Below are positions 20,351-30,071 of a stretch of 64,000 bases of DNA, in pieces. The position numbers were made by a program, and so were the translations under genes. Numbering within the stretch: the first letter of the stretch is position 1; the number at the start of each line of letters is the position of its first letter. The DNA comes from Candidatus Latescibacterota bacterium. GTDB taxonomy: Bacteria; Latescibacterota; UBA2968; UBA8231. Under the pieces are notes generated by a model. That model ran no database searches and was not told where the DNA came from. It worked only from the letters and a program-made list of their open reading frames with translations. Location of the stretch: contig OZ242214.1 of the NCBI GenBank assembly GCA_965206595.1, positions 2,240,001 through 2,304,000 on the forward strand. Reading direction: 5' to 3'.

Positions 20351-20363
20351 GCTGCCTCCTCGC

Positions 20364-21995
20364 CTACCGCGGCGGCTGTTTGCCGGCCACGTGGTATATC
20401 GTCAACTCGGGCCCGGGGCGGACCACCGCGTCGAAGCCCGCCACCGGGATGTAGAACGCATCGGCGGCGTCGAACACCGCTTCCTGCGACCTGCCCTCGA
20501 CGAAGGGGCTGAACCTCTTGACCACGGTGCCTTCCTTTTCGAGGAGATCGCCGACCGCCGGGGGCGGCTGCGGCGAATAGGCGGAAATGGGGTGGCTGTC
20601 GACGACGAACCAGGCGGAGCGGAAGCGCCGCGGGTTCCGCGCCCTCGCGTCCCGGTAGCCGGTGAAACTGACGTACGCATCCGGACCGGGCAATTGGGGT
20701 CGGGCGTACCTCAGGCGGCCCCGGGCGACGAGGACATCCCCTTCCGGGACGTTGGCCTCGATCCATTGGCGGGCGAGCTGTCTCGTGTCGACCCGGGCGG
20801 CGATGCGGTTGAAGGAGACGGTGCGCCAGGCCGGCTCGGCCGCAGCCAGCAGGACGACCGCGGCGGCCGCGGCCAAGCTCCAGCGGCTGCCGAAAAACCT
20901 CCGGCAGGCAACGAGAGCCGCATTGGCGGCCAGCAGGCAGAGCACCGGCATCGGCAGGGCCATGTAGCGAAAGAACAGCACCACCGTGAGCGAGCACGCC
21001 GCCAGCACCGCCCCGGAAAAAGCCAGCAGCAGGAGCGCCGCATCCCCTCCGGGCTGGCGGCGAACCGCCTGGTACAGCGCGTACCCGGCGCCGGCGACCG
21101 CCAGGGCCGCGAGGAGATACCCGGCGCCGTAGCGGAGCCCGAAGCCGAAGATCCAGGGCAGGCCGGCGCTCAGCTCTCCTGCCGGCAGGCCCTCGCCGCG
21201 CAGCAGCTCCCCGGTGATGAAGGTCGACACGTCCTCCCGGAACCGGCCGCTCTCGAGAAGAACGAAAGGCGAGGTGCAGGCAAAGGCGGCGACCGCGGCT
21301 GCCAGCGCCGCCAGGGGCCGGTCGAGGAGCAGCGGGCGGGACAGCTCGCCGCGGCGGGCGCGCAGGGCCAGGAGGTGGGCGGCGAAGCAGGGGACCGCCA
21401 GCAGCGCGGCGGTGTATTTCGTCGACACCGCGAGGCCGGCGAGCCCCCCGGCGAGGAGGTAGTCGGCCATGCCGGCGCGGCGCGCCAGGCCCAGGAGGCG
21501 CCACAGGACCAGGGTGGCCAGCAGCGCCGCGGGCACGTCCGTGGTGGCGAAATGGGATTCCCTGGCGTGCGAGAAGTTGAGGGCGAGCAGCACGGCGCCG
21601 AGAAGTCCGGTGCCGCGGCCGAAGGCATCCCGCCCCAGCAGAAAGGTTGCGAAGACGCCGGCGACCCCGAGGGCCGCGGTGGTGAGCCGCGCCGACAGGT
21701 AGACGGGGACCGCCTCCCGCGCCGCAACGAAGGCGGCGAAGGTCTCCCCGCCGAAGGCGCCGAACAGCTCCCCCAGGGTCTTCACGGCGCCGAGGACGAG
21801 GGCGGTCGCGTATATGTAGAGGGACGGGTAGACGTAGAACCCGGGGTCTACCTGCCCCTGCAGGACGCGGAACGCCTTGAGCGCGATGTAGCCTTCGTCC
21901 GGCCGGTAGCGGCCCGGGAAACCGAAGTCGATCGACCACAGCCTCAGGGCCGCGGCGGCCACGAGCACCGCGGCGAGGATCCAGCGCTCCCGCAT
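20364..21995 (-). CDS. ArnT/PMT-like membrane glycosyltransferase (GT-C)
   Basis: [38 protein letters not shown]. Confidence 0.85.
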   Translation of the reverse strand: MRERWILAAVLVAAAALRLWSIDFGFPGRYRPDEGYIALKAFRVLQGQVDPGFYVYPSLYIYATALVLGAVKTLGELFGAFGGETFAAFVAAREAVPVYLSARLTTAALGVAGVFATFLLGRDAFGRGTGLLGAVLLALNFSHARESHFATTDVPAALLATLVLWRLLGLARRAGMADYLLAGGLAGLAVSTKYTAALLAVPCFAAHLLALRARRGELSRPLLLDRPLAALAAAVAAFACTSPFVLLESGRFREDVSTFITGELLRGEGLPAGELSAGLPWIFGFGLRYGAGYLLAALAVAGAGYALYQAVRRQPGGDAALLLLAFSGAVLAACSLTVVLFFRYMALPMPVLCLLAANAALVACRRFFGSRWSLAAAAAVVLLAAAEPAWRTVSFNRIAARVDTRQLARQWIEANVPEGDVLVARGRLRYARPQLPGPDAYVSFTGYRDARARNPRRFRSAWFVVDSHPISAYSPQPPPAVGDLLEKEGTVVKRFSPFVEGRSQEAVFDAADAFYIPVAGFDAVVRPGPELTIYHVAGKQPPR

Positions 21996-22783
21996 CAGCC
22001 GGCTTCGACCCGCAGGAGGCGGATGCGGACGAACATCGCGGTGGCCCCGGCAGCGAACGATAGCCCCCGTTCGACGCCCCTCCAGAAGCCGAAGCTCCAT
22101 CCCGGCATGAGCGGACGCAGCGACAGCCCCCCGGACAGCAGGTAGCGGAACGGCATGTACGGTTCGACCCTGTCGAGCCGCCACTCGGGGAAGCCGCTTT
22201 CGAAGAGCGCCCTGTCCCTTGCGAAGACGATCCAGGGGAGGGCGGAGTTGGCTCCCGTCATCGGGCCGGTTCCGGGAGCTTCCCACTCCCGTGCCTGCAC
22301 GTCGATCTCCTCGTGGTGGAGGTTGCCGTAGAGGAACCGCGACCAGGATGTGCACCAGGGCTCGATCATGACCACGGCCCCCCCGGGCCTGACGCAGCGC
22401 GCCGCTTCGGCGAGGAAGCGGCGCGGTTCGGTGAGGTGGTGGAAGACGTTGGTCATGGCGACCCCCCGCAGGGCGCCGCCGGCGAACGGCAGGCGCTGCC
22501 CGTCGAGCACGAGGTCGAGGCTGTCCGAGAACACCAGGTCGGAGCTGAAGCAGCCGCGGGTGCGGTCCTCGAGTAACCCACCGGCCCCGGCCCCCAGCTC
22601 GAGCACGGCCCCCGGCCCTTCCGGGATCGAGGCGCTCAGCCACTCCCCCCACTCGGCGTACACGCGCCGCAGGAAGGGCTTGCCCTCGATCAGCTTCCGG
22701 TGCGCCTCGGCGCGGCCGGGAGCGTCGAGGTCGAGTTCGCGCACCGCAGGTTCGGCGAGCAGTCTGCGCAGGGCGGGGATCAC
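21995..22783 (-). CDS. Class I SAM-dependent methyltransferase
   Basis: VLELGAGAG, LPFAGG, NVFHHL, RCVRPGG. Confidence 0.85.
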   Translation of the reverse strand: MIPALRRLLAEPAVRELDLDAPGRAEAHRKLIEGKPFLRRVYAEWGEWLSASIPEGPGAVLELGAGAGGLLEDRTRGCFSSDLVFSDSLDLVLDGQRLPFAGGALRGVAMTNVFHHLTEPRRFLAEAARCVRPGGAVVMIEPWCTSWSRFLYGNLHHEEIDVQAREWEAPGTGPMTGANSALPWIVFARDRALFESGFPEWRLDRVEPYMPFRYLLSGGLSLRPLMPGWSFGFWRGVERGLSFAAGATAMFVRIRLLRVEAG

Positions 22784-24234
22784 GCGAACTTGAGCTTGCG
22801 CATGGCGATGGCCGTCATCTTCAGCAGCAGCCAGCCGTGGCGGAAGCGCTGGATCTGGGTGCTCCCGTAGCGTCTCTCGCGGTAGCGCACCGGGACCTCG
22901 ACGATGCGCAGCTGCAGCTTGGCGGCGCCGAAGAGGAGGTCGAAGTCCCCGAAGGGATCGAGGTCGCCGAAGTAGCCGCGCCCCGCGGCGATGCGCGCGT
23001 AGTCCCTGGCGTACAGAACCTTGGTGCCGCACAGGGTATCGCGGATGCGCTGCTCCAGCAGGTAGGTGAAGGCGATGCTGAAGAGCTTGTTGCCCAGCAG
23101 GTTGAGAAGCCGCATCGCCTGGCGTTCCATCGGGTAGACGAGGCGGGTGCCGTTGATCAGCTCCCCCCGGCCCTCGACGAGGGCGTCGAAGAACCTCGGC
23201 AGGTCCTCCGGGGCCACCGTGAGGTCGCCGTCGAGGATCATCAGCACCTCCCCGCCGGCGCGGGCGAAGCCGCGGCGGACCGCGTCCCCCTTGCCGCTGC
23301 CGTTCTCCTGGCGGACGAGCTTGATGTCGCGCTGGGGATAGGCGGCGATGACGCGCTCGATCTCCTCGGCGGTGCCGTCCTCGGAGCCGCCTTCCACGAA
23401 GATCAGCTCGGTGTGAGAGCCGATGTCGGGGGTGCGCAGGACCGCCTGCTCGACGTTCCCCTTCTCGTTGCGGCAGGGTATGACGACCGAGCAGGCCGGC
23501 GGCTCGGGGCGCGCCTCCGGGACCGCGGGGCGGGCGACGGCGAACTGCGACAGGCAGAGCCTGCGGATGCCGGGAAGCCTGGCGAGGAAGCGGTTGACGA
23601 AAGCGGACAGCAGCGGCAGCCGCCGCGGTGCCAGGAAGCGGTACCCCGTGTTGACCGTCTCGAACCCGGTCAGGTAGAGCAGGTTCCCGATGTCCTCGGA
23701 GGAGAGCCAGTTCTGCAGCGGCACCTTCATCTTCAGCCGCAGGACCTCCCCGAGCTTGAGCAGCGGCTCCCACAGGTAGTTGAAGCTGGTGACGATTATG
23801 CGCGTATGCGGCGCCGACACCTTGTGCAGCTGAGCGAAGGCGCGCTGGACGTCGAACAGGTGGCCGACGACGTCGGAGAGGATGACGTAGTCGAAGGTCT
23901 CGTCGACCTCGAGGTTCTCGGCGTCGCCGGCGCGGAACTCCAGGCAGGGGTGCTTGGCCGCGGCCAGCTCGACCATCTTCGGGCTGAGGTCGATGCCGAG
24001 CCCGCGGCCGGGAGAGACCGCGGCGAGGAGGCCGCCGGTGCCGCAGCCGATCTCGAGGACACTCGACCCGGGCGGAATCACGAAGCGGCAGAGGTCGGCT
24101 ACCTGCCGGTAGTAGTAGCGGTTGCGGCGCAGCCAGCGCTCGCGCTCCGGGGCCAGGGCGTCGAAGAGCGGGGCCATGCTCTCCGGGCGCAGGGCGGGGC
24201 CGCGTCGGCTTGCGTAGGGGAGCCAGCCGGTCAC
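22780..24234 (-). CDS. Methyltransferase-GT2 glycosyltransferase fusion
   Basis: VLEIGCGTG N-terminal domain; SVVIPCRNE, GKGDAV, ILDGD, DTLCGTK. Confidence 0.9.
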   Translation of the reverse strand: MTGWLPYASRRGPALRPESMAPLFDALAPERERWLRRNRYYYRQVADLCRFVIPPGSSVLEIGCGTGGLLAAVSPGRGLGIDLSPKMVELAAAKHPCLEFRAGDAENLEVDETFDYVILSDVVGHLFDVQRAFAQLHKVSAPHTRIIVTSFNYLWEPLLKLGEVLRLKMKVPLQNWLSSEDIGNLLYLTGFETVNTGYRFLAPRRLPLLSAFVNRFLARLPGIRRLCLSQFAVARPAVPEARPEPPACSVVIPCRNEKGNVEQAVLRTPDIGSHTELIFVEGGSEDGTAEEIERVIAAYPQRDIKLVRQENGSGKGDAVRRGFARAGGEVLMILDGDLTVAPEDLPRFFDALVEGRGELINGTRLVYPMERQAMRLLNLLGNKLFSIAFTYLLEQRIRDTLCGTKVLYARDYARIAAGRGYFGDLDPFGDFDLLFGAAKLQLRIVEVPVRYRERRYGSTQIQRFRHGWLLLKMTAIAMRKLKFA

Positions 24235-24572
24235 GGGGCTGCGTCTCGCGTCCTCTCGCGGGGGCGGCGTTCTTCCATGCCGGGGAACATAACGATCCCG
24301 GAGCCTGCCCGGGAACAGGAACCGCCCCGCACCGGCGCCGGCAGGCTGGTTGCCGCCCCGGGGGTGCTTGTCCGCCTTGTCTCCAAACCGGTTTCCGGTT
24401 CGTCACGTTCCGCGCCTGTCTGCGGCCGCATTGCTCGCCCTCGTCTGCAGACCAACCTTATCCGGGCTGTCGGGATGACCTGCCGCGGATGATTTGAAAT
24501 CCTTGGCGATTTCCCCAACCGGATTTGCGCAGGCGGGATATGGGCGAGACGGGAACCAGGTTGACGACAACC

Positions 24573-26810
24573 ATGAAGCGGATACGACGATCCCCCTTCC
24601 GGATACGGCTCTGCCTTTGCTTCGCCGCGGCTCTGGGATGCTCGCAGAACCCCGACGTGGAGGCCGGGGCCGGGGGCACCCGCAGCATGGCCGAGCGCCT
24701 CGAAGCGATCGCCGCCGGAGTCGACCCGGAGGCGAACCCCTACGCCAACGGGATCCGGGTCGAGCATTTCCGCCGCCGGCTGGACAGCCTGCGGACCTCC
24801 GCGGCCGCGGGGAAACCGCGCCGCGACCCGATCCTGCGCGCCCGCTTCGGCCTCGCCAACGAGCTGCTCCTGAACGGACAGTCGGCCGAGGCCGCCCGGG
24901 AGTTCGAAGCCCTGCTCGAGGAAGTGGACCAGCCCGGCACCCGCCATCGCATCCGCATCCTGCTCGGCCTCGCCTACCTGCGCCTCGGGGAGCAGGAGAA
25001 CTGCGTGATGCGGCACACCATCGACTCCTGCCTGATGCCGGTAGGCGGCGCCGGAGTGCACCTAATCGAGCGCGGCTCGCGCGGCGCCGTGCGCGAGTTC
25101 GAGAAGGTGCTGGAAACAAACCCCGGAGACCTGTCCGCCCGCTGGCTGCTCAACATCGCCTGCATGACCCTCGGGGAGCACCCCGGAAAGGTGCCGCCCC
25201 GACACCTGATTCCCCCGGAGGTCTTCGCATCGGACTACGACATCGGCCGCTTCCGCGACGTCGCCCCCGTCCTCGGCCTCGACCTGGTGGGCCTGTCCGG
25301 GGGCGGCATCATGGAGGATTTCGACGGGGACGGCCACCTCGACATCGTCGCCACCTCGTGGGGCCTGCGCGACCAGGTGCATTACTTCCGCAACGGCGGC
25401 GACGGCTCCTTCTCCGACCGCACCGGGGCAGCCGGTCTGCTCGGCATCGTCGGCGGCCTCAACGCCCTGCAGACCGACTACGACAACGACGGCTGGGCGG
25501 ACCTGCTGGTGCTGCGCGGGGCCTGGCTCAACCGCCCTCCGGCGACGGACGGGGGCTGCCATCCCAACTCCCTGCTGCGCAACCTGGGCGGGGTGGAGTT
25601 CGCCGACGTCACCGGGGAAGCGGGGCTGCTGAGCTTTCACCCGACGCAGACCGCGGCATGGGGGGACTGCGACAACGACGGCTGGCTCGACCTCTACATC
25701 GGCAACGAGAGTCTGGGAGCCGCCAGGCACCCGAACGAGCTCTACCGCAACGCCAGGGACGGTTCCTTCCGCGACCTGGCCGCGGCCAGCGGAGCCGCCG
25801 TCGAGGGGTACGTGAAAGGGGTGGTCTGGGGAGACTACGACAACGACGGGCGGCTCGACCTCTACGTGTCGCGGCTGCACGAGGAGGAGCCGAACATACT
25901 CTTCCGCAACCGCTCAGGGGATTCCGGGCACCCCCGCTTCGACGACGTCACCGCCGCCGCCGGCGTCCCGGGTCCGGCGCACAGCTTCCCCACCTGGTTC
26001 TGGGACTACGACAACGACGGCTGGCTCGACCTGTTCGTCTCCGGGTACCGGGCCGGCGCTTCCGAGGTGGCCGCCGACCACCTCGGGCTGGCGCACGACG
26101 GGGAGCTGCCGCGCCTCTACCGCAACAACCGCGACGGCAGCTTCGCCGACGTCACCCGGGATGCCCGCCTCGACAAGCCCCTGCTGACCATGGGCAGCAA
26201 CTTCGGCGATCTCGACAACGACGGCTGGCTCGACTGCTACGCCGGCACCGGATCGCCGGGGCTGGCGTCGCTGATGCCGAACCGGATGTTCCGCAACGTC
26301 GGCGGCCGCTTTTTCCAGGACGTGACCACGTCGGGGGGATTCGGCCACATACAGAAGGGACACGGGGTCGCCTTCGGGGACGCCGACCACGACGGCGACC
26401 AGGACGTGTACGCGACCATGGGGGGCGCCTACGCCGGCGACGTCTACCAGAACATCCTGTTCGAGAACCCCGGGCACGGGAACCACTGGCTCAAGCTGAA
26501 GCTCGTAGGGGTGCGCTCCAACCGGGCGGGGATCGGGGCGCGCATCAAGGTGACCGTCGTCACCGGGGAGGGTGAGCGGGCGATCCACGCCACCGTGGGC
26601 AGCGGCGGCAGCTTCGGGGCCTCGAGCTTCCGCAAGGAGATCGGCCTCGGGCAGGCGACGGCGATCCGGTCGCTGGAGGTCTACTGGCCGGCCAGCGGCG
26701 AGCGGCAGCTCTTCGAGGGGGTGGAGATGGACCGGGTGCTGCAGATCACCGAGGGAGATCCGGCCCTGCAGACGCTGCACTACGAGCCCTTCCGCCTGGG
26801 AGCCGGCTGA
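24573..26810 (+). CDS. CRTAC1-like FG-GAP / ASPIC-UnbV lipoprotein
   Basis: AALGC lipobox, E(Q)ENC motif, DYDNDGWLD repeats, SNRAGIGARI...GGSFG. Confidence 0.88.
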   Translation: MKRIRRSPFRIRLCLCFAAALGCSQNPDVEAGAGGTRSMAERLEAIAAGVDPEANPYANGIRVEHFRRRLDSLRTSAAAGKPRRDPILRARFGLANELLLNGQSAEAAREFEALLEEVDQPGTRHRIRILLGLAYLRLGEQENCVMRHTIDSCLMPVGGAGVHLIERGSRGAVREFEKVLETNPGDLSARWLLNIACMTLGEHPGKVPPRHLIPPEVFASDYDIGRFRDVAPVLGLDLVGLSGGGIMEDFDGDGHLDIVATSWGLRDQVHYFRNGGDGSFSDRTGAAGLLGIVGGLNALQTDYDNDGWADLLVLRGAWLNRPPATDGGCHPNSLLRNLGGVEFADVTGEAGLLSFHPTQTAAWGDCDNDGWLDLYIGNESLGAARHPNELYRNARDGSFRDLAAASGAAVEGYVKGVVWGDYDNDGRLDLYVSRLHEEEPNILFRNRSGDSGHPRFDDVTAAAGVPGPAHSFPTWFWDYDNDGWLDLFVSGYRAGASEVAADHLGLAHDGELPRLYRNNRDGSFADVTRDARLDKPLLTMGSNFGDLDNDGWLDCYAGTGSPGLASLMPNRMFRNVGGRFFQDVTTSGGFGHIQKGHGVAFGDADHDGDQDVYATMGGAYAGDVYQNILFENPGHGNHWLKLKLVGVRSNRAGIGARIKVTVVTGEGERAIHATVGSGGSFGASSFRKEIGLGQATAIRSLEVYWPASGERQLFEGVEMDRVLQITEGDPALQTLHYEPFRLGAG

Positions 26811-26866
26811 AGCGGAGCTGGCGAGGTTTGCCGGGGTTGAGGGCGGCCGGGGTGGTGGAGCGCCGG

Positions 26867-27814
26867 CTACTTCATCTCCAGGGAGGCCTTGATTCGCCCC
26901 CAGGAAACGGACTCGACCGCGGTTCGTTCTTCAGAATCGGTTGGCTGGGCAGGCAGCAGCAGCCCGTCGAGAAAGACATCCGCTCGAAGGTCCGTTATGT
27001 CTACGTAGGAATCTTCAGTCTGTATCGATGTAAAGTATTCCCACGAGCCGGGTTTCTCGTCCCAATCATAAACCATCATCGCAAAACCGATCCCCTTTCC
27101 CGCCGCAAGATCGCTGAACGCGGTCTCCTGCGGCCCGCTGTCCCATCCCTCCCAGTGGTCGTAAGGCGTAACGTACAGCTCGATCACGCTGATGGTCGGG
27201 TTTTCCCCGGCGACCCCTCCTCCTCCGTCCCCGTAGGGAGGGAAGACCGTCCAGGAAAAACCTCCCGTCTGGCGCAGAATATCCGGGGCATTCAAGGTCG
27301 GGACGCCGGTCACAGTACGGGCAACCGCTTCGTATAGTTGGGCTTCCCCGTGAAAATCCCCCCAGTCCTCCGCCGATGTTGTAATGTCGACACCTCCGTG
27401 CCCGCCCCGGTGATCTCCGTCGACTACGAGAGCGATGCTGTCATGCTCCAGGAGTCGGAAACTGGCATCAAAGTCATGGGAGTTTGAATACTCATCGTCG
27501 CTGGACACGAAGGCGACGTACAGCCGATCCGGGTCGTCGTGCCAGGCCAGCCAGATGCGAAAATCCAGGTTGGAGGGGTCCGGCAGACGGTTGGCGTAGG
27601 GGTCGTGGAAATCCAGCAGGGTCATGGTCGGCTCGCCGACCAGGTCGTACCACTCGTCTACTGATCCGTCGTCGAGCCGGATCTCCTCCAGCATTTCATC
27701 GGTAAGCTCGGGAATGGGGAAGACGCGGTCGCCGCTGTGGGCTTCGACGGAGATCGCCAGCCCCATGAGCAGGACCAGAATCGCCTTCAATGCCTGGCTG
27801 TTGGTACGTATCAT
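26867..27814 (-). CDS. Secreted CBM9/DOMON-like protein with C-terminal TAVE..WGxIK motif
   Basis: Signal peptide; LDDGSVDEW, DPSNLDFRIWLAW, VDGDHRGG; ends TAVESVSWGRIKASLEMK. Confidence 0.7.
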   Translation of the reverse strand: MIRTNSQALKAILVLLMGLAISVEAHSGDRVFPIPELTDEMLEEIRLDDGSVDEWYDLVGEPTMTLLDFHDPYANRLPDPSNLDFRIWLAWHDDPDRLYVAFVSSDDEYSNSHDFDASFRLLEHDSIALVVDGDHRGGHGGVDITTSAEDWGDFHGEAQLYEAVARTVTGVPTLNAPDILRQTGGFSWTVFPPYGDGGGGVAGENPTISVIELYVTPYDHWEGWDSGPQETAFSDLAAGKGIGFAMMVYDWDEKPGSWEYFTSIQTEDSYVDITDLRADVFLDGLLLPAQPTDSEERTAVESVSWGRIKASLEMK

Positions 27815-27907
27815 GGGAGCCCTCCTGTCAGCTCACTTCTCGCACTTGCAGTTCACTTTGGATTTTTCCAGTCAGCTCCAACCGAGCCCTGGGCGTCCCG
27901 GCAGATG

Positions 27908-28873
27908 TCATCTCGAGGCCGGTGCTCCGGATGTCCCGCTGCGGTCGATCCGCGCCTTGATCGCGCCCCAGGCCGCGGCCCGGATGGCGCTGGCCGCCTC
28001 CGCGGAGATCCAGGCCGGGTAGATCGCGTCCGTCGCGGTCCGGGTCAGGTTGACCGGGTTCGACCCGTCCGCATCCATCACGTGGATGTCGTAGTCGCCG
28101 TCCCGGTTCGAGGCGAAGGCGATCCGCGTCCCGTCCGGGGACCAGGCGGGCCAGTAGTCGGCGAACGCCCGGTTGCGGGTGATGTCGACCGGTTCGGAGC
28201 CGTCCGCTTTCATCGTGAAGATGTCGATGTCCCCCCCGTTGCGGCGGGAGCTGAAGGCGATCGCGCTGCCGTCGGGGGACCACGCGGGGCGCGAGTCCGC
28301 GGCGGGATCGTTGGTCAGGTTGACGAGGTTGGAGCCGTCCGCGTCCATCGCGTAGACCTCGAGATTGCCGTCGCGCAGGGAGTGGAAGGCGATGCGGCTG
28401 CCGTCGGGGGACCAGGCGGGATAGGCGTCCTCCTCGGGATGGTGGGTGAGGTTTACCAGGTTCGTGCCCTCGGCATCGATCGTGAAGATGTTCAGGGGGC
28501 CGTCGAAGTCGGAGGTGACGGCGATGCGGCTGCCGTCGGGCGACCAGGACGGCAGCCCGAAGCGATGGTGGGTATCGGTGAGGTTGATCAGTTCCGAGCC
28601 GTCGACGGCCATGACCCAGAGGTTCTGGAAGCCGCTGCGGTCGGAGGCGAAAACGAACCGCGAGCCGTCGGAGGTTATCGCCGGCTCCCAGTCCCGGGCA
28701 GGGTTGTTGGTGAGGTTGACCGGGTTGGAACCGTCCTCCTCCATCACGTAGATCTCGACGTTGCCGTCGTCGCGGTTGGTGGCGAAGGCGATCTTGCAGT
28801 CGCAGCCGGCGTCGCTCCGTTGCGCCGGCAGGGTTGCCGCCAGCGCGGCGATCAGCAGGACCGATCTGCCCAT
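27908..28873 (-). CDS. TolB-like PD40 beta-propeller protein
   Basis: Repeated PAWSPDGSRIAF; ends SAIRAAAWGAIKARID... Confidence 0.88.
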   Translation of the reverse strand: MGRSVLLIAALAATLPAQRSDAGCDCKIAFATNRDDGNVEIYVMEEDGSNPVNLTNNPARDWEPAITSDGSRFVFASDRSGFQNLWVMAVDGSELINLTDTHHRFGLPSWSPDGSRIAVTSDFDGPLNIFTIDAEGTNLVNLTHHPEEDAYPAWSPDGSRIAFHSLRDGNLEVYAMDADGSNLVNLTNDPAADSRPAWSPDGSAIAFSSRRNGGDIDIFTMKADGSEPVDITRNRAFADYWPAWSPDGTRIAFASNRDGDYDIHVMDADGSNPVNLTRTATDAIYPAWISAEAASAIRAAAWGAIKARIDRSGTSGAPASR

Positions 28874-28929
28874 GGCGAGCTCCTCCGGAAAAACCGGCGC
28901 CCGCGAGAGGCCGCGGGTGCCGGGGGCGG

Positions 28930-30057
28930 TCAGACGCGGTTGTCCTCGATGTAGTCCCAGTCGATCTCGAAGCCGAGCCCGGGTTTCTGCGACACCATGA
29001 CGTTCCCCTCGCCGTCGAAGGGATCGCAGATCTCCTTCATGTACGGTGGCGGCACCTCGTAGGCCTCGTCGTGTCCGGGGGCGAACAGCCCGCGCTCGAA
29101 GTACTCGATGGTGTCGGCGTTGGTCGACGCATAGATGTGCAGGTTGCCCCAGCCGCCGCCGTGGATGGTCGCCCGCATGCCGAACGATTCGTACAGGGCC
29201 ACCGATTTCCTGCAGCCGGTGATGCCGTTGAAGTTGACCTCGGTGCGCCCCATGTCGGACGCCTTCCTCACGATCCACTCGGTGCGGCTGTAGGGCAGGT
29301 TGCCGAGCTGCTCGGGAGCGCAGACCGGCACCTCGAGGTTCTCCGTCAGGCGGATGTAGGGCTCGATGTTGTTCTCCGGCATCGGGCTCTCGAACCAGAA
29401 GAAATCGAGCTTGGCGATCTCCCTGCCGACGTAGAGGGCCTGCTCGTAGTTGTAGATGCCGGCCTGGTCGAGCATCAGGACGATGTCTCCGCCGACGCGC
29501 TCGCGGATCGCCTCGCAGACCTCGACGTCGTGCCGGGGAAAGGCCGGGCTGCGCGGCGCCGGCTCCATCCTGACCGGGTCGTACCACATGTAGGCGTGAA
29601 TCTTGTAGGCGGTGTATCCCTTCTTCACGCACTCCTCGGCGTGGTCGGCGAACACCTCCGGGGGCCCCATGTTCGGGTAGGAGCTGGCGTAGCACTTCAG
29701 CTTGTCGCGGAAGCCGCCGAGCAGCTTGTGCACCGGCTGCTCGAGGTAGCGGCCGGCGAAGTCCCACAGCAGCATGTCGAGCGGCATGTTTCCGCCGCTC
29801 AGCTGCCAGAACTGCTCGCGGTCCATCGGGTCGCGGCCGATGGCGAGGGCTTCGATCCAGGGGGTGAGGCGGCCGCCCCCGCGGGGGAACCAGTAGCCGC
29901 TGACCCCGGTGTCGGTCTCCAGCTCGAGGAGCGTCGTCGTGGTCTCCCCGGGCTCGGTGCGCAGCAGCTCCAGCGGGTAGATCGAGTACCCGTACTTCCC
30001 CTGGTAGCGGCGCGACATGGTTTTGAAGCGGTGCTGCTTGACTGCGGTGATTTTCAT
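28930..30057 (-). CDS. Mandelate racemase/muconate lactonizing enolase-superfamily enzyme
   Basis: PVHKLLGG, YKIH, LMLDQ, WFESP, PGLGFEIDW. Confidence 0.9.
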   Translation of the reverse strand: MKITAVKQHRFKTMSRRYQGKYGYSIYPLELLRTEPGETTTTLLELETDTGVSGYWFPRGGGRLTPWIEALAIGRDPMDREQFWQLSGGNMPLDMLLWDFAGRYLEQPVHKLLGGFRDKLKCYASSYPNMGPPEVFADHAEECVKKGYTAYKIHAYMWYDPVRMEPAPRSPAFPRHDVEVCEAIRERVGGDIVLMLDQAGIYNYEQALYVGREIAKLDFFWFESPMPENNIEPYIRLTENLEVPVCAPEQLGNLPYSRTEWIVRKASDMGRTEVNFNGITGCRKSVALYESFGMRATIHGGGWGNLHIYASTNADTIEYFERGLFAPGHDEAYEVPPPYMKEICDPFDGEGNVMVSQKPGLGFEIDWDYIEDNRV

Positions 30058-30071
30058 TTTTCTCCCCCTCC

